Part shown: positions 18,036-26,372 of the stretch, piece after piece | How positions within the stretch are numbered: position 1 is the first letter of the stretch | Layout: each line of letters begins with the position of its first letter | IMG/VR virus record: IMGVR_UViG_3300042868_007151 | Span: 1 to 29,410 of that record | DNA from: a virus | Lineage: Duplodnaviria > Caudoviricetes | Length of the DNA: 29,410 nt | Strand: one strand, 5' to 3' | The notes under the pieces: model-generated | The model's database searches: none | Seen by the model: only the letters and a program-made list of their open reading frames with translations | What the model was told of the DNA's origin: nothing | Program-made: the position numbers and the translations under genes

Positions 18036-19814
18036 TTACCCAACCTCCACAACTGTGATTTTCGGATTCTGTAAAGCTGCTGCCATCCGCGATTGGACCG
18101 CAAGCTGTTTTTCCATAAGCTGCTTCTGTTCGTTCTGCGCGTTCTCTCGGAATCGCTCGAACGCTGCCAGGCTTGTGGACTCCAGAGTCTGAGGGCTCGC
18201 AAGCTCAACAGCTTTCTGCGCCATCTCTTCTTGTGCCTTGGCTGCCAGCTCTTCCGCTGTCGGTCCCTTGTCTTCCTCTTCTGGCTTCTCTGGTGGAGCT
18301 GCTGTAGCTAGATTCTCGATGGGTTTCATATCGCTGAATGCGAATCCGGTATCAGTCTTTGCCCATCGTTTAGCTGCCTCTTCTCGAGCCTTGGCTAAGC
18401 CGTCCGCCATTTCGCTACCAGCTTCGCCCATCTGACCGTCCAAGCTTGCTGCTGCTGCCTTTGCTTCCTGGTCGGCCTTTTCGCTGTCCGCTTTGACTTG
18501 CTCCCGAGCTGCCTTGAGCTTCTCCCGCTTGTCTGCGTATTTCTTCTGCTGGTCCTTAATGAAGTCTTGCACGTTAGCGACAGCCTTCTCCCCGGTCTTT
18601 GGATCAAGGAGAGAGTCCCGAGAACTCCTGATGGCTTGGCTGTTCTCATCCATCAACTTCGCTGTGACCTTATCCACCTCGTCCACGATCGTGACAAGGT
18701 TATCAATCGTCTCCTTGCCAAAGGTGCCCCGCGCCAGTGGGTTGTTGATCATCAGCTTGAACAGGTTAAGCAGGACTCTCATAAGCATTCGGCCTGTGCC
18801 CATCACCGTATTCAGGGCGATGTTGACCAGGTCCCAAGCTTTGATCAGATAACCGGCAGCAGTCTCAGCGATGCCGAGAGCACCACCCATTGAGGCGAAT
18901 GCATCGCCTGTGGCATCGGTCGCCCCGCTTGCATCACCAAGGGATTGGATCAACTCGGTGAACCATCCCAGCAGAGCCTCAGCCACCGGAAGGAATGCAG
19001 TACCGATTCCCGCTGACAGATCGTCCCAGCTTGCCTGGAGTGCCTTGAGTCTATTCGCGAAGGAATCGCCGGAGCGCTCAACGTCCCCTTGGGCCTGCTT
19101 GGTGCCCTCCAGGATGATGTTATACCTGGCCATCGCCTTCTGTGCTTCGTTGGCCGTTGTTGGATCCAGACCACGCTTGAGCAACTCCGCCTTGACCGCC
19201 GTCTCGTTGACGATCACGCCGAACTTTTTCATGGGCTCGGCTTCACCCGTCAGAGCCGACCGGAGCGCCTCGAACGCTTCGGCATCGGTCGAGTTATGGA
19301 AGCTGGCCAGATCGAAGGATAGCTGCGTCAATGTCTGTGACATCATCTGAGCCTGGTTGGGATCGATCCCCATAGGAACTACAAGCCCTTGTGCCTGGCT
19401 CATGAAGTCCAATACCTCCTGCTTCGATCTGCCGACTTGAGCCGCGAAGGTGGTACCCCAGGCTTCCATCTGGGACGCATTGTCACCGAAGACAACGCGA
19501 AACTTGTTCATTGTCTCCTGGAGATCCGATGCCTTACTGATTGCCTGCGTGAGCATGGCTACAGTTCCAGCACCGATCGCGACACCAATTACCGCGCCGT
19601 ACTGCTTGGCGATTCCGATCAGATCGCCAAATTCCTTCTTAGCCGACTTGAAGAATTTTTGCATCGCAGTCCCATTCGGAGCTGCTCGAACTGCATTGAG
19701 CCTGGCCGCGAATGTCTGGACGCTGGACTGCATGTCTGAGAAGGCTTTCGCGAAGTCTTCGCGACCCTTCACCGACATCTCTACATAGGCCTTGCCTGCT
19801 AGCTCTGCGCTCAT
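18036..19814 (-). CDS. Tail tape measure protein
   Basis: AGKAYVEM start, Ala-rich helical sequence, DLASFHN...ALTGEAEPMKKFG motif. Confidence 0.9.
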   Translation of the reverse strand: MSAELAGKAYVEMSVKGREDFAKAFSDMQSSVQTFAARLNAVRAAPNGTAMQKFFKSAKKEFGDLIGIAKQYGAVIGVAIGAGTVAMLTQAISKASDLQETMNKFRVVFGDNASQMEAWGTTFAAQVGRSKQEVLDFMSQAQGLVVPMGIDPNQAQMMSQTLTQLSFDLASFHNSTDAEAFEALRSALTGEAEPMKKFGVIVNETAVKAELLKRGLDPTTANEAQKAMARYNIILEGTKQAQGDVERSGDSFANRLKALQASWDDLSAGIGTAFLPVAEALLGWFTELIQSLGDASGATDATGDAFASMGGALGIAETAAGYLIKAWDLVNIALNTVMGTGRMLMRVLLNLFKLMINNPLARGTFGKETIDNLVTIVDEVDKVTAKLMDENSQAIRSSRDSLLDPKTGEKAVANVQDFIKDQQKKYADKREKLKAAREQVKADSEKADQEAKAAAASLDGQMGEAGSEMADGLAKAREEAAKRWAKTDTGFAFSDMKPIENLATAAPPEKPEEEDKGPTAEELAAKAQEEMAQKAVELASPQTLESTSLAAFERFRENAQNEQKQLMEKQLAVQSRMAAALQNPKITVVEVG

Positions 19815-20452
19815 TATCTACCCCTGCTTGCCTTGTAGTATTCTTTCCAGATCTTGGTTGCGTTCTTCTTGTGTCTCTCGAATGCTGGACGCATGAAGGG
19901 CCTCTTGGGCATCTTCATCGGCATAGGTCCTCCACGAGAAGACTCCAAGAGAATCATGCTGGAGCTGACCTGAGTCATCTGCCCTTTCTTCTTCTTGAGA
20001 TTCTCCTTCGTCAGAGTGCTACGGACTCGAACCACCTTGACCGTAACTGTAGCACCGAACTCGTGGATCTCGGGTTGAGTCTTTCCGCCATAGGTGCGCA
20101 TGCCCGAGAGTTTCATCACGCCGATCCGTACCGATCGCTTCTCCTTGTCCACATCGTAGACGATGGTCCGAAGGTTGGCTCCTTCCTGGCTGTTCCGTGC
20201 TCGTGGTGGCTTCCCCGCTGGTCGTGGTGGTGGTCCAGGCTTCATAACCGTGACCTGTTTACCATCCACGATCTGTTTCGAGAACTTAACCCCCTTTGCT
20301 GGAGCACCGATAAGCTTTCGAGCATCCTGCCGAATGATCGCGCCGAAGTGCTTCAAGGTCTTTTCGGTGGCTCGCTCAGCTCGTTTTGTCTGCTTGCCTT
20401 TGATCTTCTGGATCTCTTTGATTCTGGTTTTCAGCCGGGTCTTGATTTTCAT
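19814..20452 (-). CDS. Basic neck/tail-completion protein (HK97 gp10-like)
   Basis: IHEFG...MPKRPFMRPAFE motif, very basic. Confidence 0.75.
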   Translation of the reverse strand: MKIKTRLKTRIKEIQKIKGKQTKRAERATEKTLKHFGAIIRQDARKLIGAPAKGVKFSKQIVDGKQVTVMKPGPPPRPAGKPPRARNSQEGANLRTIVYDVDKEKRSVRIGVMKLSGMRTYGGKTQPEIHEFGATVTVKVVRVRSTLTKENLKKKKGQMTQVSSSMILLESSRGGPMPMKMPKRPFMRPAFERHKKNATKIWKEYYKASRGR

Positions 20453-20768
20453 TTTTCGAGTCCCGTGGAAGAAACATTTTCAAAGCGCCGATCGTACCTT
20501 TTCGCAGCGGTATGGTGGACCGCTCCTTACCCTTCTTGCTCGTCCTCCTTTGCGGGATAAACAGCTCTGGCCTAGCCCCCCGAGCTAGCTCGAAGAGCAT
20601 CCATCCTTTGTAGGGTCTCGGGTCGAGTCCAGCGACTCCAGCCAGTCTGAAGAAGTGGATAAACATGCTTGCTCGATCAGATTGGCTCGTGCTATCTCCA
20701 GCGTTCTCGCCTTGTCCCACAAGCCCTTGAGCATTTGCCCCTGAGCTGGGGACAGGTGGACGAAAAAA
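20376..20768 (-). CDS. Tail assembly chaperone T segment (probable -1 frameshift extension, or own start at 20666)
   Basis: -1 frame overlapping the chaperone 3' end; LAGVAGLDPRPY segment fills the gap to the next gene. Confidence 0.55.
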   Translation of the reverse strand, partial: FFRPPVPSSGANAQGLVGQGENAGDSTSQSDRASMFIHFFRLAGVAGLDPRPYKGWMLFELARGARPELFIPQRRTSKKGKERSTIPLRKGTIGALKMFLPRDSKNENQDPAENQNQRDPEDQRQADKTS

Positions 20769-21037
20769 TCGATGTACTCCCCCATCCATGCGTCCCATGC
20801 GCGGGTGAGTGTCGCGCCATCGATCCGCTTGCCAAACTCCAAAGCACTCAGCCCAAGCCGCTTGCATTCATCGAGGCAGCAGACCCAAAGTATTCCCAGC
20901 ATCTTCTCTGGTGACTCTGGCACCTGGCCGACATCGTCCATGAGGTTGATGCCCATCTCGGTCTTGATGTTCAGCAGGTGGCCTACCGTGAGATCGATTG
21001 CCCACGGTTGGCCTGTCTTATCGGTAAATGTCCTCAT
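20585..21037 (-). CDS. Tail assembly chaperone (G-like)
   Basis: Between the tail tube and TMP; MRTFTDKTGQPWAIDLTVG...IDFF. Confidence 0.8.
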   Translation of the reverse strand: MRTFTDKTGQPWAIDLTVGHLLNIKTEMGINLMDDVGQVPESPEKMLGILWVCCLDECKRLGLSALEFGKRIDGATLTRAWDAWMGEYIDFFVHLSPAQGQMLKGLWDKARTLEIARANLIEQACLSTSSDWLESLDSTRDPTKDGCSSS

Positions 21038-21054
21038 TCAGTCCTCAGCTTTCG

Positions 21055-21525
21055 TTACGGTACGGTGTACCAGGAAGGGGCAACGTGAGCGCCAGCCACA
21101 CCACCGGAATTCTTGCATGGTCGGAGCGATACGTCCACCATCAAAGCTTCACCGAGATTCTCGTTTCGGGTGAAAGACTTGACCATCATAAAGGCTCGCA
21201 GCCCTTCGTTGCCGGTCGATCCAGCGCCGGTGATGATGCCATCCATCACCGCGACCTCAATCGGAGTCTTGGCGAAGAATGCAGTCTGGAGAGCGGTAAA
21301 GTCATCGTCGGCAGTGTCATACAACATCGAGAATTCTACCGAGCCATCGATCAGACCATCGACGAATTCTTTCCATCCACCAGAGGCCCGAGTCGTTACG
21401 TCGGTCTCGTCCTTCTCTAGCGAGAGTGTAAGGTCCTTGACGTTGGGGACCTCGTTCCACGTTGGGGCGGCATTGGTGCCAGTGTTGCGGTACAGTTTTG
21501 CGTTTTGCGCTAGTACGTGAGCCAT
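21055..21525 (-). CDS. Major tail tube protein
   Basis: DVTTRASGGWKEFVDGL.DGSVEF motif of TP901-1/lambda-type tube proteins. Confidence 0.87.
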   Translation of the reverse strand: MAHVLAQNAKLYRNTGTNAAPTWNEVPNVKDLTLSLEKDETDVTTRASGGWKEFVDGLIDGSVEFSMLYDTADDDFTALQTAFFAKTPIEVAVMDGIITGAGSTGNEGLRAFMMVKSFTRNENLGEALMVDVSLRPCKNSGGVAGAHVAPSWYTVP

Positions 21526-21527
21526 GA

Positions 21528-21959
21528 TTAAAAACCTTTGTATCGTAGATTGACTTGAGTCATTAAGACGCCGTTATCGCTGACCTTCCCCACGTCGAAC
21601 GGTTGATCTTCTTCAATTTCGACGAGGGGAAGACCAGCCATTTTCACTCCTTGGAGCGAATTGCAGATCTCTTCGACCAGTTGCAAAAATTCGCCGGTCT
21701 TTGTTTCGTTCTGCGCGTTGTTACCATCGGCAGTGGTGCGAACGACCAAGCCGACCGTATATGTCTTGAGATACACCCCGCCGCGAGATTGCTCGACCCG
21801 CTCAATCGGTCCTGCGTAGAGAGTCACATCGTAGCCAGTCAACACGTCCCGCTCGAAGATTGGTACAAGCTTCTTTGCTGGTGTGAATGCTTGGCTGTAA
21901 GTGGCTGCATCGATAAATGCAACCACTGCATCAACTAGTGTTTCCCGTACTCCAGGCAT
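21528..21959 (-). CDS. Putative tail terminator
   Basis: Acidic 143-aa protein immediately before the tail tube. Confidence 0.6.
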   Translation of the reverse strand: MPGVRETLVDAVVAFIDAATYSQAFTPAKKLVPIFERDVLTGYDVTLYAGPIERVEQSRGGVYLKTYTVGLVVRTTADGNNAQNETKTGEFLQLVEEICNSLQGVKMAGLPLVEIEEDQPFDVGKVSDNGVLMTQVNLRYKGF

Positions 21960-21962
21960 TGA

Positions 21963-22331
21963 TTAAATCTCGCGAGTGTGAATCCTGATGAGCTGCTCGG
22001 ATTGGTCCGTGTATCGCCATTGAGCCTCCACGCCGACCGCAAGAATTGCGTAGGTCTTTGAGCCTTCGGTTATGCGGTCGCCTTTAAGCGGCAAAGTCTG
22101 GACACCACCGAGCACCAGGGCTGAGGTGAGGATTAGATAATCCCTGCTCTTTACCTGTTCGATAATCATCCCGTCTTGCGACAGGTCGTGATTAGATCGG
22201 CCAGGTACAGCCTTGGTGATAGCCACCGACTGGGAAGCCGATGGCCTGCTGTAGGTGATGTCTACGCCCATGGTGGCCTGCATAGTCTTGTAGCCATGCA
22301 AGCCAGCTGCCGCGAATGGAGTGCTACTCAT
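21963..22331 (-). CDS. Head-closure / head-tail joining protein (gpFII-like)
   Basis: RDYLI...P.KGDRI...WRYTD...RIHT; follows the capsid gene. Confidence 0.7.
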   Translation of the reverse strand: MSSTPFAAAGLHGYKTMQATMGVDITYSRPSASQSVAITKAVPGRSNHDLSQDGMIIEQVKSRDYLILTSALVLGGVQTLPLKGDRITEGSKTYAILAVGVEAQWRYTDQSEQLIRIHTREI

Positions 22332-23260
22332 TAGGTCAACAGAGCCTCGGTGGATCCAATGCGATCGGTGACGATGATCGGCACCCCGAAGCTTTCCGTT
22401 GGGAACGGTGCTGGTGATCCGGTCGGATTCGTCGCAGTCCTGGAGCGCTGGAGCTGCCCGAGGCTTCGACGATTCATCGCGATATAGGTCGGCCCCCGGC
22501 TTGCTGGGAATCGCTCGATGGCTTGCGAGATCAGAGCATCGGTAAGCCCCTTGCCCGAATCAGCGGTCAGGTTAGCGATCCGAACCGCGCTGTACGTGGT
22601 ACCGATCTTGAGACCTGCCCATCCGTGGATCGAATGAGCCAAAGCCCAGAATCGACCCTGCACCGATCCAGCTCGCTCGACTCGCTGTCGCTCACCGATC
22701 GTGATCACGCCTTGGTTCCCCCAAAGCATCTGGAGATCTTCTTCGCCGGTGCGAATCAACCAGCAAGAGGAACCGGTCGCAGCCGAGGTTCCGCCAGCAT
22801 TGACTACCTGAGCATCGCCCAAGCCGTCGAGGTTGGTCTGGTTAGCCAAGCCGCTGAACCCTGCCGCCAGGTTGCCAGTACCATAGAAGATCTGCTCTTC
22901 GCATTCGGCCAAAGCTTGTCGCAAGTGGGCCATGGCTTCGATGGCCATAACGTGATCAACTCCGCGCTCATCGACCAAAGCAGCAGCCTCATCAATCCCA
23001 AAGCTGGCGTCCAGGAACTTGAGGGTGTTGGTCACCTGCGTATAGGTGCCCTTGGTGTTTTCCACGCCATCGTTGATGTCGCGGAAGCCTACCGATGGAT
23101 TCGCGGTCTTCTTGGTGTAGACGAACGTATTCGAGCGGCATTGACGAGCCGCAAGGACCGCGAGAAGTGGTGCTTCGTCGAGGACATCGCTGAGCATTAG
23201 CTCCATGTCAAGCTTGTTGAAAGTCACCACGTTGGCCGATGTCATGTATGCATCAGGCAT
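22331..23260 (-). CDS. Major capsid protein (HK97 fold)
   Basis: FRDINDG, IFYG, FSGL, IAMNRR and FGVPIIVTD.I..TEALL; follows the protease/scaffold. Confidence 0.88.
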   Translation of the reverse strand: MPDAYMTSANVVTFNKLDMELMLSDVLDEAPLLAVLAARQCRSNTFVYTKKTANPSVGFRDINDGVENTKGTYTQVTNTLKFLDASFGIDEAAALVDERGVDHVMAIEAMAHLRQALAECEEQIFYGTGNLAAGFSGLANQTNLDGLGDAQVVNAGGTSAATGSSCWLIRTGEEDLQMLWGNQGVITIGERQRVERAGSVQGRFWALAHSIHGWAGLKIGTTYSAVRIANLTADSGKGLTDALISQAIERFPASRGPTYIAMNRRSLGQLQRSRTATNPTGSPAPFPTESFGVPIIVTDRIGSTEALLT

Positions 23261-23333
23261 AATTTACTCCCTTGCTAAATTGGATTTGTAAAACTGTGAG
23301 TGTGTCTCTGTGGTGTGTCTCGTTGGTTGCCGA

Positions 23334-24398
23334 CTAGTTGCTAAGAGCTGCTGCCCACTTCGCTGACTTGTCGTCGGCTCCTTGGGCTTTGAGCTGCTCA
23401 GCCTTCGCGACTGCTGCTTTCTTGCTGTCGCTCAGTTCGATCCGAGGCTCGGAGGAAAGTGCGGTTTCTTCGCCGTTGCTTGCCTTGGTGGCTGCTTCGA
23501 GCCGGGTCTCCAGGTCTTTGATCTGCGAGAGCAGATTCACGTTTTGCTCTTGGGTCTCCTTCGCGAAAATCGCGAAGCAGTCGCCGATAGATCGGCCTTC
23601 GAGGTACCACATAGCACCGCGCTCGCCGAACGCTTCAATGAATGGCCTGGCACCGTCCAACGAGAGGCCAGCAGGAGCAGCCACAGGGGCTGGAGCCGGT
23701 TGGGTCTGTTGGCCAGCTTGATTGCCTGCTAGCACTTCGTCCATAATGTTTCTTCCATAGTGTTTGGACAGAAAGGAGCACATCCGTTCCACGACCTCGC
23801 GGGGCTCCCGATCCGCGAAGTGAGTTTCTACGATCCATGTGGCCAGGGATGGCAATCCCTGAGGGCTGGCCATGTCGAACAGACCGCCGCGAGTTGCAGC
23901 TGGCTCATCGACAAAATCCACCGCGCGAAGTCCATCAAGTCGCAAAGGTAGCGTTTTACCCTCTGGCACTTCGGTATACATGACGCCAGAAAGGTCGGTG
24001 ACTACGGACATGCCGAACGCTTCTGGATCTTCTTCCGCCAGATTCATAACATAGGTGCCAAGATCCCCGTTTGGGGTGTCGAATGCCGAGTCGGCTAACT
24101 GGAGATCCGCATAGGCTGCATCACCTTCCACGCGAAAGTTTGTAAGTCTTCCGAGATACTTGCCGAATCCGTCATCGCTCATCGATGGATGAGTGAAGCG
24201 GGACTTCATCCCTTTGTTCGGTTGGTTGCCGTACTCGACGACTTGGGCCAAGGTATCTGCGTCAACCTCCCAGGGTCGCGAGTCGTTGACTCGGCCCATC
24301 TGCATTACCTTGACGCCGTTGATCCGCTTTGCCGCTCGATCAACGCCAGACTTTGGAGCACCTCGAAGGGGGCTTGTTTTGAACAGGTTGTTAAGCAT
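23334..24398 (-). CDS. Prohead protease with scaffold-like C-terminus
   Basis: SRFTH, YADL, FGMS and AVDFVDEPAA; coiled-coil tail; AAGGAG RBS before ATG 24398. Confidence 0.8.
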   Translation of the reverse strand: MLNNLFKTSPLRGAPKSGVDRAAKRINGVKVMQMGRVNDSRPWEVDADTLAQVVEYGNQPNKGMKSRFTHPSMSDDGFGKYLGRLTNFRVEGDAAYADLQLADSAFDTPNGDLGTYVMNLAEEDPEAFGMSVVTDLSGVMYTEVPEGKTLPLRLDGLRAVDFVDEPAATRGGLFDMASPQGLPSLATWIVETHFADREPREVVERMCSFLSKHYGRNIMDEVLAGNQAGQQTQPAPAPVAAPAGLSLDGARPFIEAFGERGAMWYLEGRSIGDCFAIFAKETQEQNVNLLSQIKDLETRLEAATKASNGEETALSSEPRIELSDSKKAAVAKAEQLKAQGADDKSAKWAAALSN

Positions 24399-25881
24399 TT
24401 CGCGTTTCTCCTTGGTCGGCTGTGTCTTCTTGGTCTGCTTGTGGTTCTCCAGAGTCTTCGGATTCATCTTCCTGTTCCTCTGGTTCCATAGTGTCTTCGT
24501 TGACTGGTGGCTCGTCCGGTGGTGGTGCTTGCTGTGCTCCAGGGGATGCGGTCGTTAGGGTGGACATGCCCAGCGATACCAGGAACTCATCCTCCTCGTG
24601 GATCTTTCGGACTACGTCTTTCCAATCGTCCCCGTATCGCTCGCGACGAATCTCGGACCGGCTGCGTAGCTTGTTGGCGATCGCGAGAACGTCCCCAGCT
24701 ACTTCCTCCTTGGGATTCCACCAAGGCATACCCGAGGGTATCCAGTCCCAGTTGATGTCTTCGATCCGGTATCCAGCAGGTAGGGTCAAAGCACCTTCGG
24801 CGATCCATTGCAGGATCTTCCATACTGTGATCCGGTCCAACAACTCGCGAAGGTCTTCCCGCTTCGACTTGCAGCTCTGCAAGTACATGATCAAAGCTGA
24901 CCGAGATCCGAAGAAGTTGGTATAAGCCTCATCATAAAAGCTCCATGGGATGTCCATCGACTTGAGAGCCGACTGGAGACACATGGTCAAAAAGGATTGA
25001 AACTCAGTCGAAGGGTGCTTCGATTCGAGAAACTCCATCTTGTCGCCTGGATCCAGTTCCACCTTGACCGGACCGCGACCGAGATCGATTCTGTATTCAC
25101 CGCCAGATTCTTCCTCATCGTCGCTGTCGGCCATCTCGCGAGTGATCGCAAGCGCGAATAGCTGGGTGATTTTCGCCTTGGCTCGTGCGTAGTCTTTGAC
25201 CTCAAGGACATCCTGGAATTCACTGATCGCAGCCACCAATGGTGACACCCCGCGAAACTGGTCGAAGGAATCCCAGTATGCAAGCTGCATGATGTTCTTG
25301 GCTGTGACTTCCCGCTCGTACTCATACCGACCGTCAGTCATTCGGCGGTAGATGCCTGCGCCCATCATTCGGCCACCATCGGCTAGATGGATGCCATGGA
25401 CCCAGGTTGCCTTTGCGTCTCTGGTCGGTGGATCCTGGACTCGATCCCCTTCGATAGCTTGCAGCTTGCCTTGGACCTTGACCAAGAAGACATCACCATC
25501 GAGGACGCGACGAGCCTCAGCAAGTCGAATCATTCGCCGCAAGGAATGCCGGTTGGCCACATCGCAATTGATCGACCTGGAATACCAAGTCATCAGCCGT
25601 TCAAGCTGCTCGTTGAATACTGGGTCTTCGGTGGATGCTTGGAATGTAAACGTGGAAACAAAATCCAAGTGCTTGCGAACAGCCCATCCAGCTACACTGT
25701 AGTTTCGCCAAAGCTCCCTGGCTCCCTCGATGACTCTTCGTCGCTTCGTGGTGTCGAGGATCTGGTCGGATGTCTTGATGTTGGTCCCAGGGTCGCGCCG
25801 CTGGGTGCTCGATTCTGCCGCGATGTAACGACCGAAAGCACCGCTCAATCTGTCGCGCCATGTTTTGACTTGCTTAATCAT
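24391..25881 (-). CDS. Portal protein, lambda family
   Basis: ARELWRN, DGDVF, QFRGVSPL and WWNPKEEV. Confidence 0.92.
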   Translation of the reverse strand: MIKQVKTWRDRLSGAFGRYIAAESSTQRRDPGTNIKTSDQILDTTKRRRVIEGARELWRNYSVAGWAVRKHLDFVSTFTFQASTEDPVFNEQLERLMTWYSRSINCDVANRHSLRRMIRLAEARRVLDGDVFLVKVQGKLQAIEGDRVQDPPTRDAKATWVHGIHLADGGRMMGAGIYRRMTDGRYEYEREVTAKNIMQLAYWDSFDQFRGVSPLVAAISEFQDVLEVKDYARAKAKITQLFALAITREMADSDDEEESGGEYRIDLGRGPVKVELDPGDKMEFLESKHPSTEFQSFLTMCLQSALKSMDIPWSFYDEAYTNFFGSRSALIMYLQSCKSKREDLRELLDRITVWKILQWIAEGALTLPAGYRIEDINWDWIPSGMPWWNPKEEVAGDVLAIANKLRSRSEIRRERYGDDWKDVVRKIHEEDEFLVSLGMSTLTTASPGAQQAPPPDEPPVNEDTMEPEEQEDESEDSGEPQADQEDTADQGETRNA

Positions 25882-26110
25882 GGCTGTTCCCTAGGTTGAA
25901 GCTGCTAAATCTGGACTTTGATCTGGAGTACCTCACGACTTGCTTGCGCCAGTATTCCAGCTCTTTGATGGCCTGGTCTCGATTATACTGGACCATATTT
26001 CCGTCCACGCTGACCATCATCACGCCCGCGCCGGTGGACATCTGCTCTTCGAGAGATGCGACCATGCGCCGGGCGGTTTCGAGTTTCTGGATTCGCTCTT
26101 CGTGTGACAT
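25874..26110 (-). CDS. gpW-like head-to-tail adaptor
   Basis: 78-aa helix-hairpin-helix (VSVDGNMVQY) between TerL and the lambda-type portal. Confidence 0.75.
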   Translation of the reverse strand: MSHEERIQKLETARRMVASLEEQMSTGAGVMMVSVDGNMVQYNRDQAIKELEYWRKQVVRYSRSKSRFSSFNLGNSHD

Positions 26111-26156
26111 AGGCTTATTTATTTACCTTGTGGAGTGGATCGATACAAATGCGCAG

Positions 26157-26372
26157 CTACTGATCTGCCGCAGGATCTGCGCCAAGTGGCCATGCCTCCT
26201 TGAGCGTGTAGACTTGCTCGCAGCCCTTGCAGGTGACGTGGTAAAGTTTCATAAGGTAGCCATCATGCTCGAAGCTGTGGTAGGCCCCACGGTTTTTTGT
26301 GCACCCTGCCGCCTGGTCGCAGTGAGGACATCGAGGGATGGTGATCGATGCTTTTGGTTTCGCTTTGCTCAT
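26157..26372 (-). CDS. Small Zn-ribbon protein (Ogr/Delta-like arrangement)
   Basis: CPHC...CKGC; ATGA-coupled to TerL. Confidence 0.65.
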   Translation of the reverse strand: MSKAKPKASITIPRCPHCDQAAGCTKNRGAYHSFEHDGYLMKLYHVTCKGCEQVYTLKEAWPLGADPAADQ

